NCBI GenBank assembly: GCA_040357565.1
Contig: JBDODJ010000095.1
Direction: 5' to 3' (one strand)
Length of the DNA stretch: 42,198 nucleotides
DNA from: Cercozoa sp. M6MM
Lineage: Eukaryota; Protista; Endomyxa: Ascetosporea
In this document: piece by piece, positions 8,958 through 21,200 of the stretch
Layout of the letters: each line of letters begins with the position of its first letter
Position numbering within the stretch: the first letter of the stretch is position 1
Program-made: the position numbers and the translations under genes
The notes under the pieces: generated by a model
Told to the model about the DNA's origin: nothing
The model's database searches: none
The model's input: the letters and a program-made list of their open reading frames with translations, nothing else

Positions 8958-11228
8958 ATGGGTAAAGTTGCTGCAACTTCGTAAATCAGAACTTGGCACT
9001 GCAGTGTGCAGTCTTAGCATCCCCTTGTGACCGCCCATTCGTCAATTCCGAGTCGTATCCCGCTCTTTTGGGTCTCATGCTCCCACATGCACTCAACCTT
9101 CAGGTATCGAAACGATGGATCTGTGTCGACGTGCTGGATATGAACTGAGTTTTGTCACTTTGCCAAAGCAAACCACGCCACAAGGGTTTCCGCGCGCGTC
9201 TGCGTATCTGCAAAATGACCTGCGAGCACACAGCGGTTCTCTGCCAAGTGGTCAGATGCATTTGCAGGGCGCACACTCCGGTCAACTGCACAGGATACAC
9301 GTCAACGCGGCGATGCAGCAGCAGTTGCTGCAACAACATCAGCAACAGCAGCAGATTTGTTTGCAGATGCAAATGCAAGTGCAGATGCGTGCGCACAACC
9401 TGCACTGTCAGCAACTGCGCCTACAACAGCGGATCCATATTCTATTGCAGGTAAACCTACACTATTGCACAAAGCAAGAATGTGTATTTTTACCAAGTGA
9501 AATTTAGATGGAAGATGACACGATCAAACAGATCGGACGCTGTCGTGAGGGCACAGCAGCGCACACGCGACTGTTCAAGAAGCAAGAGCGACTCCGCACA
9601 CAGCGACAACACTCGAATCACTGTCTTTTGCGACTGCACAGTAAAATTCGAAATATACACGGAGGGCAATTTTCGTGTTGATGCATCTGAGTGCAGCTGA
9701 GCTGCGACAACTGAGTCATCGTCTCGAACAGTCGAAGCAACTGGCAGAACAGCAACGACTGCAACAACAGCAAGCACTCGCCAGCATGGTACAGTTGTTT
9801 GATAATGTCAGTTGTAGTTTTACTGGCAAATACAGCGGCAGAAGCAACTGGAAGCGGCTCAGACGGCAGCTTTGACACAAACCGCCGTCATCAAGAGTAG
9901 CAACAGCAAGGGCGACGCAGTTGCTTCCACTGAGAGTGCCAATGCAGCTCGTAACGACCTTAATGTTATCAGTGCAACGGCTGGACCCCGCTTTCCCGAA
10001 CGAGTGATCTCACCCACGCACCGAGCACCCTCCTTACCGACACCACCAACACCACCTCCACCTCTACAACAGCAAGTACAACGGCAGCAGCAGCTCGAAT
10101 TGTCTCCCGGCCTAAGTCTAAAAAACGATGATCAGCAGAAACAAGCGGCGGCGCCGACTCGGAAAAAGCGCACACGGCCAGTAAATTTCCCAGAACCTCG
10201 GTTATTTGTGAATTTTTCGGCTACCTTTCCCAGAAGACGAAGACAAAGGCGCAACCGAAAACCACGCGGAGGAAGTCGGTACCCCGAAAACCTCGAAAGT
10301 ACGTTTCAACTGAAGTGGACTTTTTAGTTTCAGTCACACGGGTTGATGAGTGGATGAGCTGAGTGGGTGAGCAATGGTAGAGGTAGAAAGAAGGTTGCGA
10401 AAAAGAGCGAGTCGGCCGCAGAGGGAGGAGATTCGACAGACATGCCGTCGTTGAAACGGCGTCGGACAGGTCTTTTGATATCCCGTGTCGAGAGAGTGGC
10501 TACATGCACTTCCACAGGAGAGCGAAATTCACGAAAGAAACAGGGCAAAGAGATGCCCTGTTTGGTAAGGCTTTCTTTCACTGTCACACAAACGAAAACT
10601 GACTGAAATTCTGCTTGACTACAGTCGGCATTGCTGTACGACCAAATCGACGTCAGCGAGGAAGCGAGTCAGTCTGGTTCTGGAACAGTCCTCTGGGATC
10701 CAGATGGCGATGACCTATTATTGTTACCTCGGAGACCTCGTGTAGCGATGAGCGACAGCAGACACCTGAGTCCTACCTTTCGAATACATCACGACGCAGG
10801 TGGGAGCCTCAACAATGTGGCAGCTGTACTTGGTGTCAAAGAGCACAACAGTCTCTCCTCGGCACAAATGGACACACAGTGCGACGATGACATTGTGCCA
10901 CCTGTGCTGCGTCGCTCTCACTCATCCGAAACACTTGATGTTGACAAAACTCATATCAACGACAGCAAGATCCGATACTTTAATGGGGACAACGATCAGC
11001 ACAAAATGACCAAGGAAGGCAAAGGTAAATTTACGCTTCTTCTTTGTGAACAAGCTTCCGGGGTTCATTTGGGGATCCGGATTGACATCAGGCAAGCACG
11101 AAATACTCTCACTGGGAGGCAGCAGTTTCTTCAACTACGGTGATGCCACCGGCACGACCGACGCGGCTCGGACGACTTTCGAGAACCACATGCCACTGGC
11201 TCTTCCGGTACGTTCCGGAACGTTTTAG
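8958..11228 (+). CDS. Uncharacterised Q-rich / coiled-coil, low-complexity protein with basic NLS-like patches; ends approximate
   Basis: Open exons (9115-9450, 9872-10180, 10631-11024, etc.) are linkable by GT-AG introns of ~55-70 nt; polyQ, polyP and KKRTR/KRRRT patches; no recognisable domain. Confidence 0.6.
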
Positions 11229-11324
11229 TCTAGTTCCTGACACCTTCATCTGTGACGTGATGCAAAGGGAGGGTCGACGTCGTTCATGCCTCTGTTGTCA
11301 CCGCGCTTTGATGGCAGCCTTTCT

Positions 11325-11373
11325 GTAAAACACCGTTTTGCATCGTTACAGTAAAAAACCGTTTTGCATCGTT
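11325..11373. repeat. Near-perfect 23-bp direct repeat
   Basis: gtaaaacaccgttttgcatcgtt (11325-11347) and gtaaaaaaccgttttgcatcgtt (11351-11373). Confidence 0.85.
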
Positions 11374-11700
11374 GTCGAACGCACTTTCCGCCATGGTGTC
11401 AATACTGTAGCTCGGATGGGGACCTGAGCAGCCATGTACCTGTACTCAAACTTTAAAATCCCAGCAGTATTTAAATTTATAACTCAAGATTTCTGCCGGC
11501 TAGTAGCTCCATTTGGAGCAAACGACACGCCTCTGCCGCAGACCCTTTGATTTCGTCATCACCTCAGAGACGACCGGAAAAGAATTGAAACTGACCTAAC
11601 GCCTCTGGAGCTCGAGCGCGACTGGCTTCAGTTTCACCTTAGCAAGCGAAAGGCTTTCAGTTAGCTAAACTTAAACTTAGATAGTTCAGTCTAAACTTAC

Positions 11701-11847
11701 CTAAGAAACCAACTATGTAGTTTCCCTATACAAGTCCTGGGTGGGTCACAAGCGCATAGCTGTAGTCTACCACCAGCTGAGGGTGACCATCCAAGTGAAC
11801 TCCCCTTTTAAAGTTCCCGCAGGGGACATCTTCTCAAGGTTGGTACA
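11701..11847. repeat. Dispersed ~150-bp repeat family, copy C (inverted relative to A, B, D)
   Basis: ctaagaaaccaactatgtagtttcc...gggtgggtcac...gtgaccatccaag...ccttttaaagttccc...caaggttggtaca is the reverse complement of the copy B/D consensus. Confidence 0.9.
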
Positions 11848-12292
11848 GGTGGCGGGCTGGGAGAAGGAGGAGTCATCAGGCGATAAAACCGGAGCCAGGC
11901 TGTGATAACAGCAAAAATGTATAGCAACACATACGGTCATACGGGACCAAGCAAGCAGTGCTTGCACTGTCCGTAAATTGATGCCACTCGAGTGCCTGCG
12001 ATCTGACCGACTGCCAAACAGGCAAGCCAGTGAAGTGGTCACTTTCTCCCAAAACCAAAAAGTGGTGTTTTTGAAAAGCGTCCTCCAGCAAAACGTCGCC
12101 GCCGATCCAATATTATTGATCGACCATTGTGCTGTACGTTGCCTAACAGTGTGCGCAATCGTGCGCAAGTGTGTGCTGTGGGCTGTGCGCAACCGTGCTG
12201 CCTGCCTTTTTTGTGATGATTGTTGTGAACATTTTCCGCTCTTCTGTGTTGGTTTTTTAAAAATCGTCTAATATTGTACCTCTGCAGACGAT

Positions 12293-15200
12293 ATGGAGCC
12301 CGAGCCTACCTTTTCCTCGCTAGAGGAGCTGGTGCGTTGCGTCGATTGTTTGTGCGTGCTTGTGTCACATTTTTGTTGCTTCGCAGGTGAGGCGGCGTGG
12401 TGGTCGTCGCGTGCTGCGACGCGTCCTTGTATTTGCGACCACTCCTGTAAAGTTGTCGAGCATGAATACTACACGCTTTTGTAGATCGCAAACAACGGTC
12501 TGGCGGCAGTCAAGTTCATCCGCTCCGTGCGACAGTGGTGTGCCACTGCTGTCGGCAATGCGCATGCCGTCACTCTAGTACCTTGGTTACCTACGCAGTA
12601 TACAAGCCTCACACACACGCACATTACACACAGGTTTGCATGGCGAGTGCCGACGATGTGGCAGCGAACGCCGAGTTCGTGCGCCTCGCCGATGAGCGCG
12701 TTCCTGTGCCGGTACCAGAACGACTGCTATGTTCGAGTATGCGCATGTCAACTATGCCTCTTTAGGTTCCGGGTGGAGCCAGTGCCAAGAACTACGGCAA
12801 CGTGTCGCTTATCGCTTCGTTAGGTTTGTTCGATTTTTTTGTTCGTTTGTGTAGTCACCCTCATTTCGTGTGTTTGTAGCTCTTCGTGCCAAGTGCGATG
12901 CCGTGTGGCCTGGTACATCCAATTCCATGCCTGTGTATCTCGCTGTGTAGTGCATATTCGTCTGTTTTCATTTAGGCTGGGGCCATGCATCGGAGAACCC
13001 GCGATTGCCGGCTCTACTGGCACGAATCGGCGTGACGTGGCTCGGACCGCCTCCTGCTGCCATGCAGGTACTCATTACTTGCCAGCAGCCATGGAGACAC
13101 ATGTATACATGCACCAAAACCATGTAGGCTTTGGGCGACAAGGTGGCTTCCACGGTGCTGGCGCAGAGTGCCGACGTGCCATGCGTTGCCTGGAGTGGTC
13201 AACACGTGACGCTGTCGTCGCAGCAACTGAGCACTCTCAAGCAGCATACGAGTGCTGCCAGTGACACACTCAACCCGGAGAATGTATCTACTCCTTTGCC
13301 CCAGGACCCAGTGTACTCTTACCCCCTCTTTGCCTGTGCAGTTGCTGAGTGTGCTGTCGGAGGAGACACGTGTCGAGAGCGGCGTGCCCCTCTCTCTGCA
13401 GCGCCAGTGCTGCGTCATTACGGCACAGGAGGCCGAACTGGCTGCCAGACAGGTAAATTGATTGTGCTGTGCTTATGCGGTGCATATGAACCCCTGTACA
13501 TAGGTGGGTCTCCCTGTCATGGTCAAAGCCAGTGAGGGTGGCGGCGGCAAGGGTATTTTTGCTCTCTTTTCTTATGCATGCTGTTCTGTGTTACCTGCAT
13601 TTGGGACCGTGTTAGGCATACGCCTGGTGTCGTCCATGGACGACTTGCCTGCCGCATTCCGACAAGTTCAGACCGGTACCACTGTTGTACAGGGCCTACA
13701 AGTGTACCATATCGAATGTGCATTCTTAGAGGTGCCGGGCTCGCCGATTTTCTTGATGCGCGTGGCTCGCAACTGTCGGCACCTCGAAGTGCAGCTACTT
13801 GCCGATGAGGTACTTCTCCCAACACTGTGCATACGAAACATTTCCCTCCCCTTATTGTACAGCAAGGTACCTGTATCGCACTCAGCGGCCGCGACTGCTC
13901 CATCCAGGTACCGTGTGTATGCGTACAAGTATATTCTCGATAAGGGTCCTTGTGGCATGTAGCGCCGCCACCAGAAGATTATTGAGGAGGGTCCGCCGCT
14001 GCCGGCCAAGGATGCGCCGAATGACACAATTTGGCGCCGCATGGAGAGTGCTGCCGTGCGCCTGGCTGTACTTTGGTTTTATGTTCAATTTGGGCATGCC
14101 TATACTTGACTCATTTTGTCTGTGCATGCAGGAGGCAGTCGGTTACTCGAGTGCGGGAACTGTACCTTTGGCACATGCTTACGCTGTGTATTTTGCGTAT
14201 ACTGATGTTTTTACGAGACAGGTCGAGTATTTGTACGAGCCGGAGACCAAGAACTTTTACTTCCTGGAGCTAAACCCGCGTCTGCAGGTACTTTATGTAT
14301 GGCACTGCCTGTTCACTGAAGGCGCAACTGTTTAATAGGTGGAACACCCGGTGACCGAGCTGTTGACTGGCATCAACCTGCCTGCTGCACAGCTGCAGGT
14401 ACCATACCCTTCCTCCACCACTTCACCTGTGCCTTTCTGTTCACTCCTGCTGCTACCCAGGTCGGCATGGGTATCCCGCTGTCGGGCATTGCACACGTCC
14501 GTCGCTATTTTGGGTGCAATTCCGACACGCACCCTCGGAAATTGTGTGCAGTGAAAACTGGGTTGTCTGCAGGCACAAAATGGCCGACACCGGCGTGGTC
14601 GACCTGTCGTCGGACGAGGCGTATTCCAAGGCTCAGTACGCCCCCGGTATCTCGACATGTCGTTCTCGACTGGTTGCGATAGTGCACGATGTAAATGCAG
14701 ACGTGCGTCACGTGCTGGCGTGCCGCATCACGGCTGAGAACCCGGACGATCAGTTCCGACCAACGTCTGGCCTCGTGGAGGAACTCGTCTTCCGCGGTGA
14801 TCGACATATTGACGCCTACTTTGCCGTCAAGGTACCACCAGTTCTTCCTGTCCCAAGTCTGGTGCTTGTACTAAGTATCTGTAGTCTAAATCCCTCATTC
14901 ATGACTACGCCGACAGCCAGTTCGGCCACGTGTTTGCCACGGGTAGTCCCTACACACGTGTTCATGTTGCTTGTACTAACACATCAACCTATGCGCACAG
15001 GTGCTACCAGAGAAGAAGCTCGCAAGCGCATGCTCAATGCTCTGTCGGTAGTTTTTTCTCTTGGTATATTTATACTATGTGTTAATGTTCGCGTCTGTGT
15101 GTATACAGACTCTAAGCGTGCGAGGTGCGGTTCGATGCAACGCAGACTTCCTGCGACGCGTGCTGCGTGCCGACGACTTTGTGCGCGACCAGGTGTCCAC

Positions 15201-18200
15201 CTCGTGGCTCGAGACTGCCGTTGCGTAGGCCTGTCTTTTCACGACACACTTGTTTTCACCCCTCCCTTCGATAGAAACGGCAGCATCCCACCGCGCGAGA
15301 CTCTCTCCTCGGAGACGCGACTGGAGGACCCTGTTGTGGCACTGCTGGGCGGCATCTGGGAGGCCACACGGGTATCCTTGTAGTGCCATCCTACCTCTGC
15401 CCTCTTACACACGTATTCGAATAGGTGTGGCGTCAACGCCGGTCAGCCTACGTCGGCGCTCTCGCACGTGGCCGCGTTCTCTTCACCGAGAGTACTTTTG
15501 GCATTGCTGCATTGCTGTATGATAGACACGATGTATTCTTGGACAGGCGATCACGACGATCTCGTGCAGCATGATGTGTCGCTTGTGCTGAATTCTGTGA
15601 GTTTAGCCTTCGTTTCTTTACTTCCCCATGCATGCACCTCTACGACACACTTTACGCAGGTGCGTTTCGAGCTGTCGCTGTCGCAAGCCGCTCCCGACCA
15701 TGTGCCTTTTTTCTTTGCCATGTTTCTTGTTGGTATGCGCGCGCGTGTGTGTGTGCGTGTGTGTGTGTTCATGGCGGTGTTGTGCAGGTGGTGATCACGC
15801 ACAAGGACTGGGTCGCCAGTGCCTCGGTCACGGCTCTCTCCGACGGCGCGCTGTACCCTTTTTATAAGCTGCATGTGCTGATGTGTGCGTGTGTATTATG
15901 TGTACATGTATTGTGCTGCAGTCTCGTGTCCTTCCAGGGCATGTCGGCCAGCTTTGAGATCTTTGGTCGCACCGACCCTGGCCTTGGTCTACGTCTGCTT
16001 GTATTCCACCTTTTCTCATGCACTTGTACCCACGTTTTTTCTCTTGTCAGGTGGGCGGAGTGACGTACCAGTTTGTGGAGGAGAACGACCCATCGACGCT
16101 TCGTGCTGCCATGCCGGGCAAGCTGGTACGCACCGCCTTCGCTTTTTCTTCTCACGTTTGGGTTACAGTGCGCTAATCCCAAAGGTGCGTTTCCTCGTCC
16201 GCGACGGCGAGCACGTCTCTGAAGGCGAAGCCGTGGCCGAGCTTGAGGTCATGAAGATGGTCGTGCCGCTGGTGTCTACGCACGCCGGCGTCGTGGCCTA
16301 CCTGCCGGGTGTTGCCGAGGGTTGCGTACTGCAGGCCGGTGATCAGGTAGACCACTCAATGTTACCAGAGTGTCCATCCATACTCACATCGCTTGATCAG
16401 GTGGCCTCACTCGCTCTGGACGACGACCGGTGCCTCTCGCAGGCTGAAGTACGACACCCTTCTGTTTTCGCATCTAGTCAAAATAAAGACAAACCTTGCA
16501 GGAGTTTGACGGCAGCATGCCCGAGAAGCTCGATGCTCGTCAGCACACGGCACAGGGCAACTCTTGGCAACGGTAGTTTTTTTTTTAATTGTGTCGAGGT
16601 TGACCAATATTTTCGTTCTGTTTTGTCCACTGTAGCATGGTCGCGGCACGATCGGCACTCAAGTGGGCGCTTTCGGGCTTTGCACTGCCGCCAACGCTGG
16701 CACGCCAGGCATGTGGTCACTTGGTCTCTGCCTTGAGAGGTACGACTATGCCTACAGTTGTTAGATATGTTCAGTGACCCCGATGATTCGATTATGTTTA
16801 GGGCCGCTGCTCCCTGCCGAAGCGGTGGCGCAGGTGCTCGCTGATCTGCGCAACAAGCTGCCGATCGACTTTGTGCAGACGTTACAGGTAATTTTTTACG
16901 CGGAAAACTAAAAGTACGAATTAGTTGTGACATTTTCACAGGGACTGTTGCGCAATTTTGTGGCTGCTGCGAGTCAGGACAGGTGCCTAGCTCTCGGCGA
17001 CAACAATTCGCGCTTGCCTTGTTTTTCTCATGCGGTTTCTGTGTAGGTTTGTGTGGGAGGAACCGCGTCTGTTCCCGACTCTGGAGGTGAACAAGGAGAT
17101 CGACAGTCTCCTCCAGCAGAACCCAGAACTCGCCAACACTGTCGCTCCTCTGTATGCTTTTTCTCGTGTAAATATGTCCAACCCGTGCGTGTGCGTATAA
17201 AAATGTACTCTGTGCAGGACGGAGGTTCTGGCTACGCTTGGTGATGGCCGTCACAACCGTCGCGTGGCCGTATCTACCGTAAGCCAGGACAGTTTAGCTG
17301 TGTACGTGTATGATGCTCCACACATTTACTTTGTTACACCTGCTTAGATCCGCGAGTTGCTGGAGATGTTCACACAGACAGAAGCCAAGTTCGCTGGTCG
17401 ACGTGTTGAGGTAAGCCCCCCCCCCGACTCTAAGTTGTCCGTCAGCCTTCTTAACTTGCTGTCTCGCAGGTTGTGCTGAACCAGATGCGACGCGATCACA
17501 TCGGCAAGAAGGCCACGGAACAGGACGCCAAGGACTGGGCCACCGACGTCACCAACAGTCACTTTGTGCCGGTCATGCGCGACGCTCTGGCGCACTTCCA
17601 CCTCAAGTAGAACTGCACTTCCGCCTGCCCCCCTTTGTCCAACCCATATACTTTTAGTGCACGTGTCGACATTGTGTTGCTTCTCTTGGAACAAGTATGT
17701 TTGTTCGATTGTATGGTTGTTGGATACCTATGTGATTGTGTTTGTATGCGAAAGGTGCGTACGGCTCTGCGTCCACTTCGTGCCGACTTTGACGGTGCGC
17801 TGAACCGTCTGCTCGTGTTGCAGGTAGTTTCTATGTCTGTAGAGACATATTAATCTTTGGTATTTAGCAAGTCATGCACACATAGGGCATGGGCTACGAC
17901 CGCATCAATTTGTGGACGCGGCAGATGTTGATGCACACGACGCGCGACGGACGCGAAGCACGCGACCGCCGTGTGGTACATTAGTCCGTTCAACCTGCTC
18001 TTTGCTTCCTGGATGTATTCCTTCCTGGCTGTGCATGTACACAGGAGGTACGTGCCATGCTGGCGGCGCGTTCGTTGCAGCCGCTCGTGAACGATGCGTC
18101 GCGCCTCGATGACGTTCTGTTTGGCTACATTCTGGCGCCGCAGGTGGCACATTTGCCCAAGGTGCGCGTTTCTCCCAGGCCACATTGGTGATATGTCTTG

Positions 18201-21200
18201 TGACCGACAACTGACAATTGGTAGCACATTCGCGAGGCCGCGTTGGAGGTGTACGCACGCCGAGTCTACCGTGCGCACAACATTGAGATGCACAGGTACA
18301 TCACGTGCTCAGGGTGTATGATTAACGAGGTCTCTTGTGGCTCTGAATAGCACGCAAGGCGACATTCTGCCGGCTTTGGAGAGTGTCGACACGCGCTGCT
18401 TCTTCACGTTCCGGCACAATGCGCTGCGACACCATGACGCCGACTGTGAGGGTACCTCGTTGTATCCCTTTGTTTCTCCCTCGTCTATGTCACCATTGTC
18501 TACTGCTCAGACACGACGTTGGAGCGTATGGCTGGCATGGCTTTCTTTGGGTAACCTTCTCCACCTACTCCTTAGACCTCTGTACCCCTATGTCCCGTAT
18601 CCCTTTGCCCCATGTCCCACAGCGACTTTGCCACGCTGAAGCGCGAGCTGGCCGGCTTCGTGGATCAGGTGTCGCTGCATGCGCCGTCCTCGGTGTCGAC
18701 CCCGACGCCGTCGCTTTCACTTAATCCGGTGGGTCTCTCCAGTTCTGTGTTGATGTATCGTGGCAACGAGTCTCTTTCTCTGTCCAGATGTCGCCCTCTA
18801 TGTCGCGTGCCTCGTCGACAGCGAGTCTGTCTTCGTGTGGATCTGGGTACTCGTGTGGCACAGATGGACCGCCGGTAGGAACCTGTTAAGTGTGCGTAGT
18901 GCGACTGCGTCGCTGCATCTGGCCTTCCGGTTCGATGCAGCGCAAGCGGCGCTGCCGAGTGACGACACCTTTGCCGAGTCGTTCGCGTATACTCGCTCTT
19001 TACCCTACCCCTCTTTTTTCCTATTCGCATCTTAACACACGCGCAGGGTACTGCTGCGACCGCATCTGGCCAAGCTGGATGCACTGAAGGTCCGCAACGT
19101 CACTTTCTACGCCGCTCCTGCTTGTACACAGTCCAGCTTATTATCCCCATCCACCGATGCAGTTATCCCAGATACACATACGCTGCAGGCACTTCCAACG
19201 ATGAGGATGCACTCATGCGCGTGGACACTCCTCTCATCTTCACTGTACCGTCTGTCTTAGCAATAAACCTTATCAACAAACACTATCTCTATGTATATTG
19301 TGCATGTGCGTGTGTGCTTAGTTTCGCAAGCGTCTGCACTGGCAGGAGGACTCAATCATTCGGTACTTCCTCTGTGTCTCTACGGGGAAGGGGTAACACT
19401 AAAACGTCATTCAGCCACCTGGAGCCCACCTCGGCCTTGCATCTCGAAATCGACCGTCTGCGTCGTTTCGATGTGCGTCTCGTGTCCACCGGTGCGTGCC
19501 ACTCTCATGAGTTTACCCCCTCCCCCTCCCCCCCCCCGTGCCTGTCCGACAAATATTCCTCCCCTCAGGCAACACCAAGAAGCGACCGGTGCACGTGTTG
19601 GCTGCCGTGCCGCGCAAGCCTCTCACCAAGGGTGCCGCCTCTTCCTACCTGAACCAGCAGCTCGTGCCACTCTTACTTTTGTGTGTGAATAAAGGACGTA
19701 CCTCGTGGGATGGCCGTCGCTTCTTCGCGCGCTGTTTGGTGCGACACGCGTCGTCCGTGCAGCGTCACCAGGTAGACTGTGTGTCGGAGGGTACTAGACT
19801 CTGACACTCATGCTATGGCTTTGTCTTACAGGGCGTGCCGAGTGAACGCTTGCCGATTGACGCCTTCCCTGAGGCTGAACACGCCTTTGTTGAGTACCGA
19901 TCTCACTTTTTACTTTCCCTTTTGCTTGGGTAGGTAACTATGATTTTTTGCTACTTTAGAGCTCTCAATGAGATCGAGCATGCGAGTGCTTTGCATCACG
20001 AGACGCGTTGGCGACACAATGCGGTGATGCTCAATCTGCTGCTAGAGGTACACTCGCAGTGTGTACTTCACCAAAGTCGGGTTTTAAAGACACAACGGTA
20101 GGTGCCGGTTGACGCACGATTTGTGCGCCGTGTGATCCGTGCACTGACAGTGCGACATGCTGACAGCATTCAGCGTCTTGACATTGCACAAGTAGTTCCT
20201 CGATATTCGAGTGTGTTGCAAATACCAAAACACAACAAGAATCGTGTTTTGTGTTCTAGGTGGAAATCCGAGTGCTCCTACCGCAGCAAAATGAGGCAGC
20301 CGTGCCTTACCGGTACGATGTGCAGAGTAGAGTTTAGACTCACGGGTTGGCTTTTTTGCATGCTTGTTGTATTTTCTATACAGGTTCGTGTGCTGGGCGC
20401 CGACGCGGCATGTGCTGCAGGTGGACGTGTACCGCGAGGTGTACGACGAGTCGCAGAAGCAGCTTGTGTTCCGCTCAGTGCCGCCGCAACAGGGTTTTTC
20501 AGTGATCACTCTGTATGCAAGGGATGACTTATGTGGTTTGTGTGTGTCTGTGTGTCTGCGTGTATGTATATGTGTGTATGTGTTATAGACATGGACGGTG
20601 CCGATGCCGGTGACCTGATGATGCGTCTGGCGCGCTTCGACACGGGACCACTGGACGGGCGGCCCGTGACGAGTGCCTACCCGGTGAAGGGCGAGTTCTT
20701 CCTGTCGCGTCTGCTGGCACAGAGTGTCGGCACTGTGTACGCGTACGACCTCCTGGTGATCCTCGAAAAGGCGCTGCGTCTCACGTGGGCCAAGCACCTG
20801 CAAAAGGTCGTCGCTACCGAGGAGGTACTTTATCCTTACCCCTCCCCCTTCTGCCCCCATTTACCCACCTCCCCGTAGGAGGCACTGGATATCATGCCAA
20901 ATGACATGATGAGCATCAAGGAGATTGTGCTGTCACATGCTGGTACAGACCGTTTCCTTTGGTTTATCTACATTGCGTTTTGGTACATTTGGGCAACGTT
21001 GCAGACAAGGTCGACTCGGACTTTTTGTCGGAGGACAAGCTGCGTGATCAGATCCGGGTATCCCCAACACTCCCCTTCCCCCCTCGACACTCCTCCTCCT
21101 TACCTCCATGTAGGGCGCCTTGCCCGGCAGCAGCTGGCAGGACCGAGTTGACGCTGCTCTTGGCGTGCTGGGCGACATTACGCTGGTGCTTTACCCCCCC

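Noticed and set aside
11325-11373. Direct repeat as a CRISPR-like array
   Set aside because: Only two units with a 3-nt spacer in eukaryotic DNA; a simple local duplication.
11701-11847. 150-bp element as tRNA-derived SINE, SL RNA or coding remnant
   Set aside because: No Pol III A/B boxes, polyA tail or Sm site seen, and no frame is conserved between copies.
19221-19413. Apparently long ACC intron that might host a snoRNA
   Set aside because: It contains a conserved mini-exon ([14 protein letters not shown]), so it is two ordinary introns.
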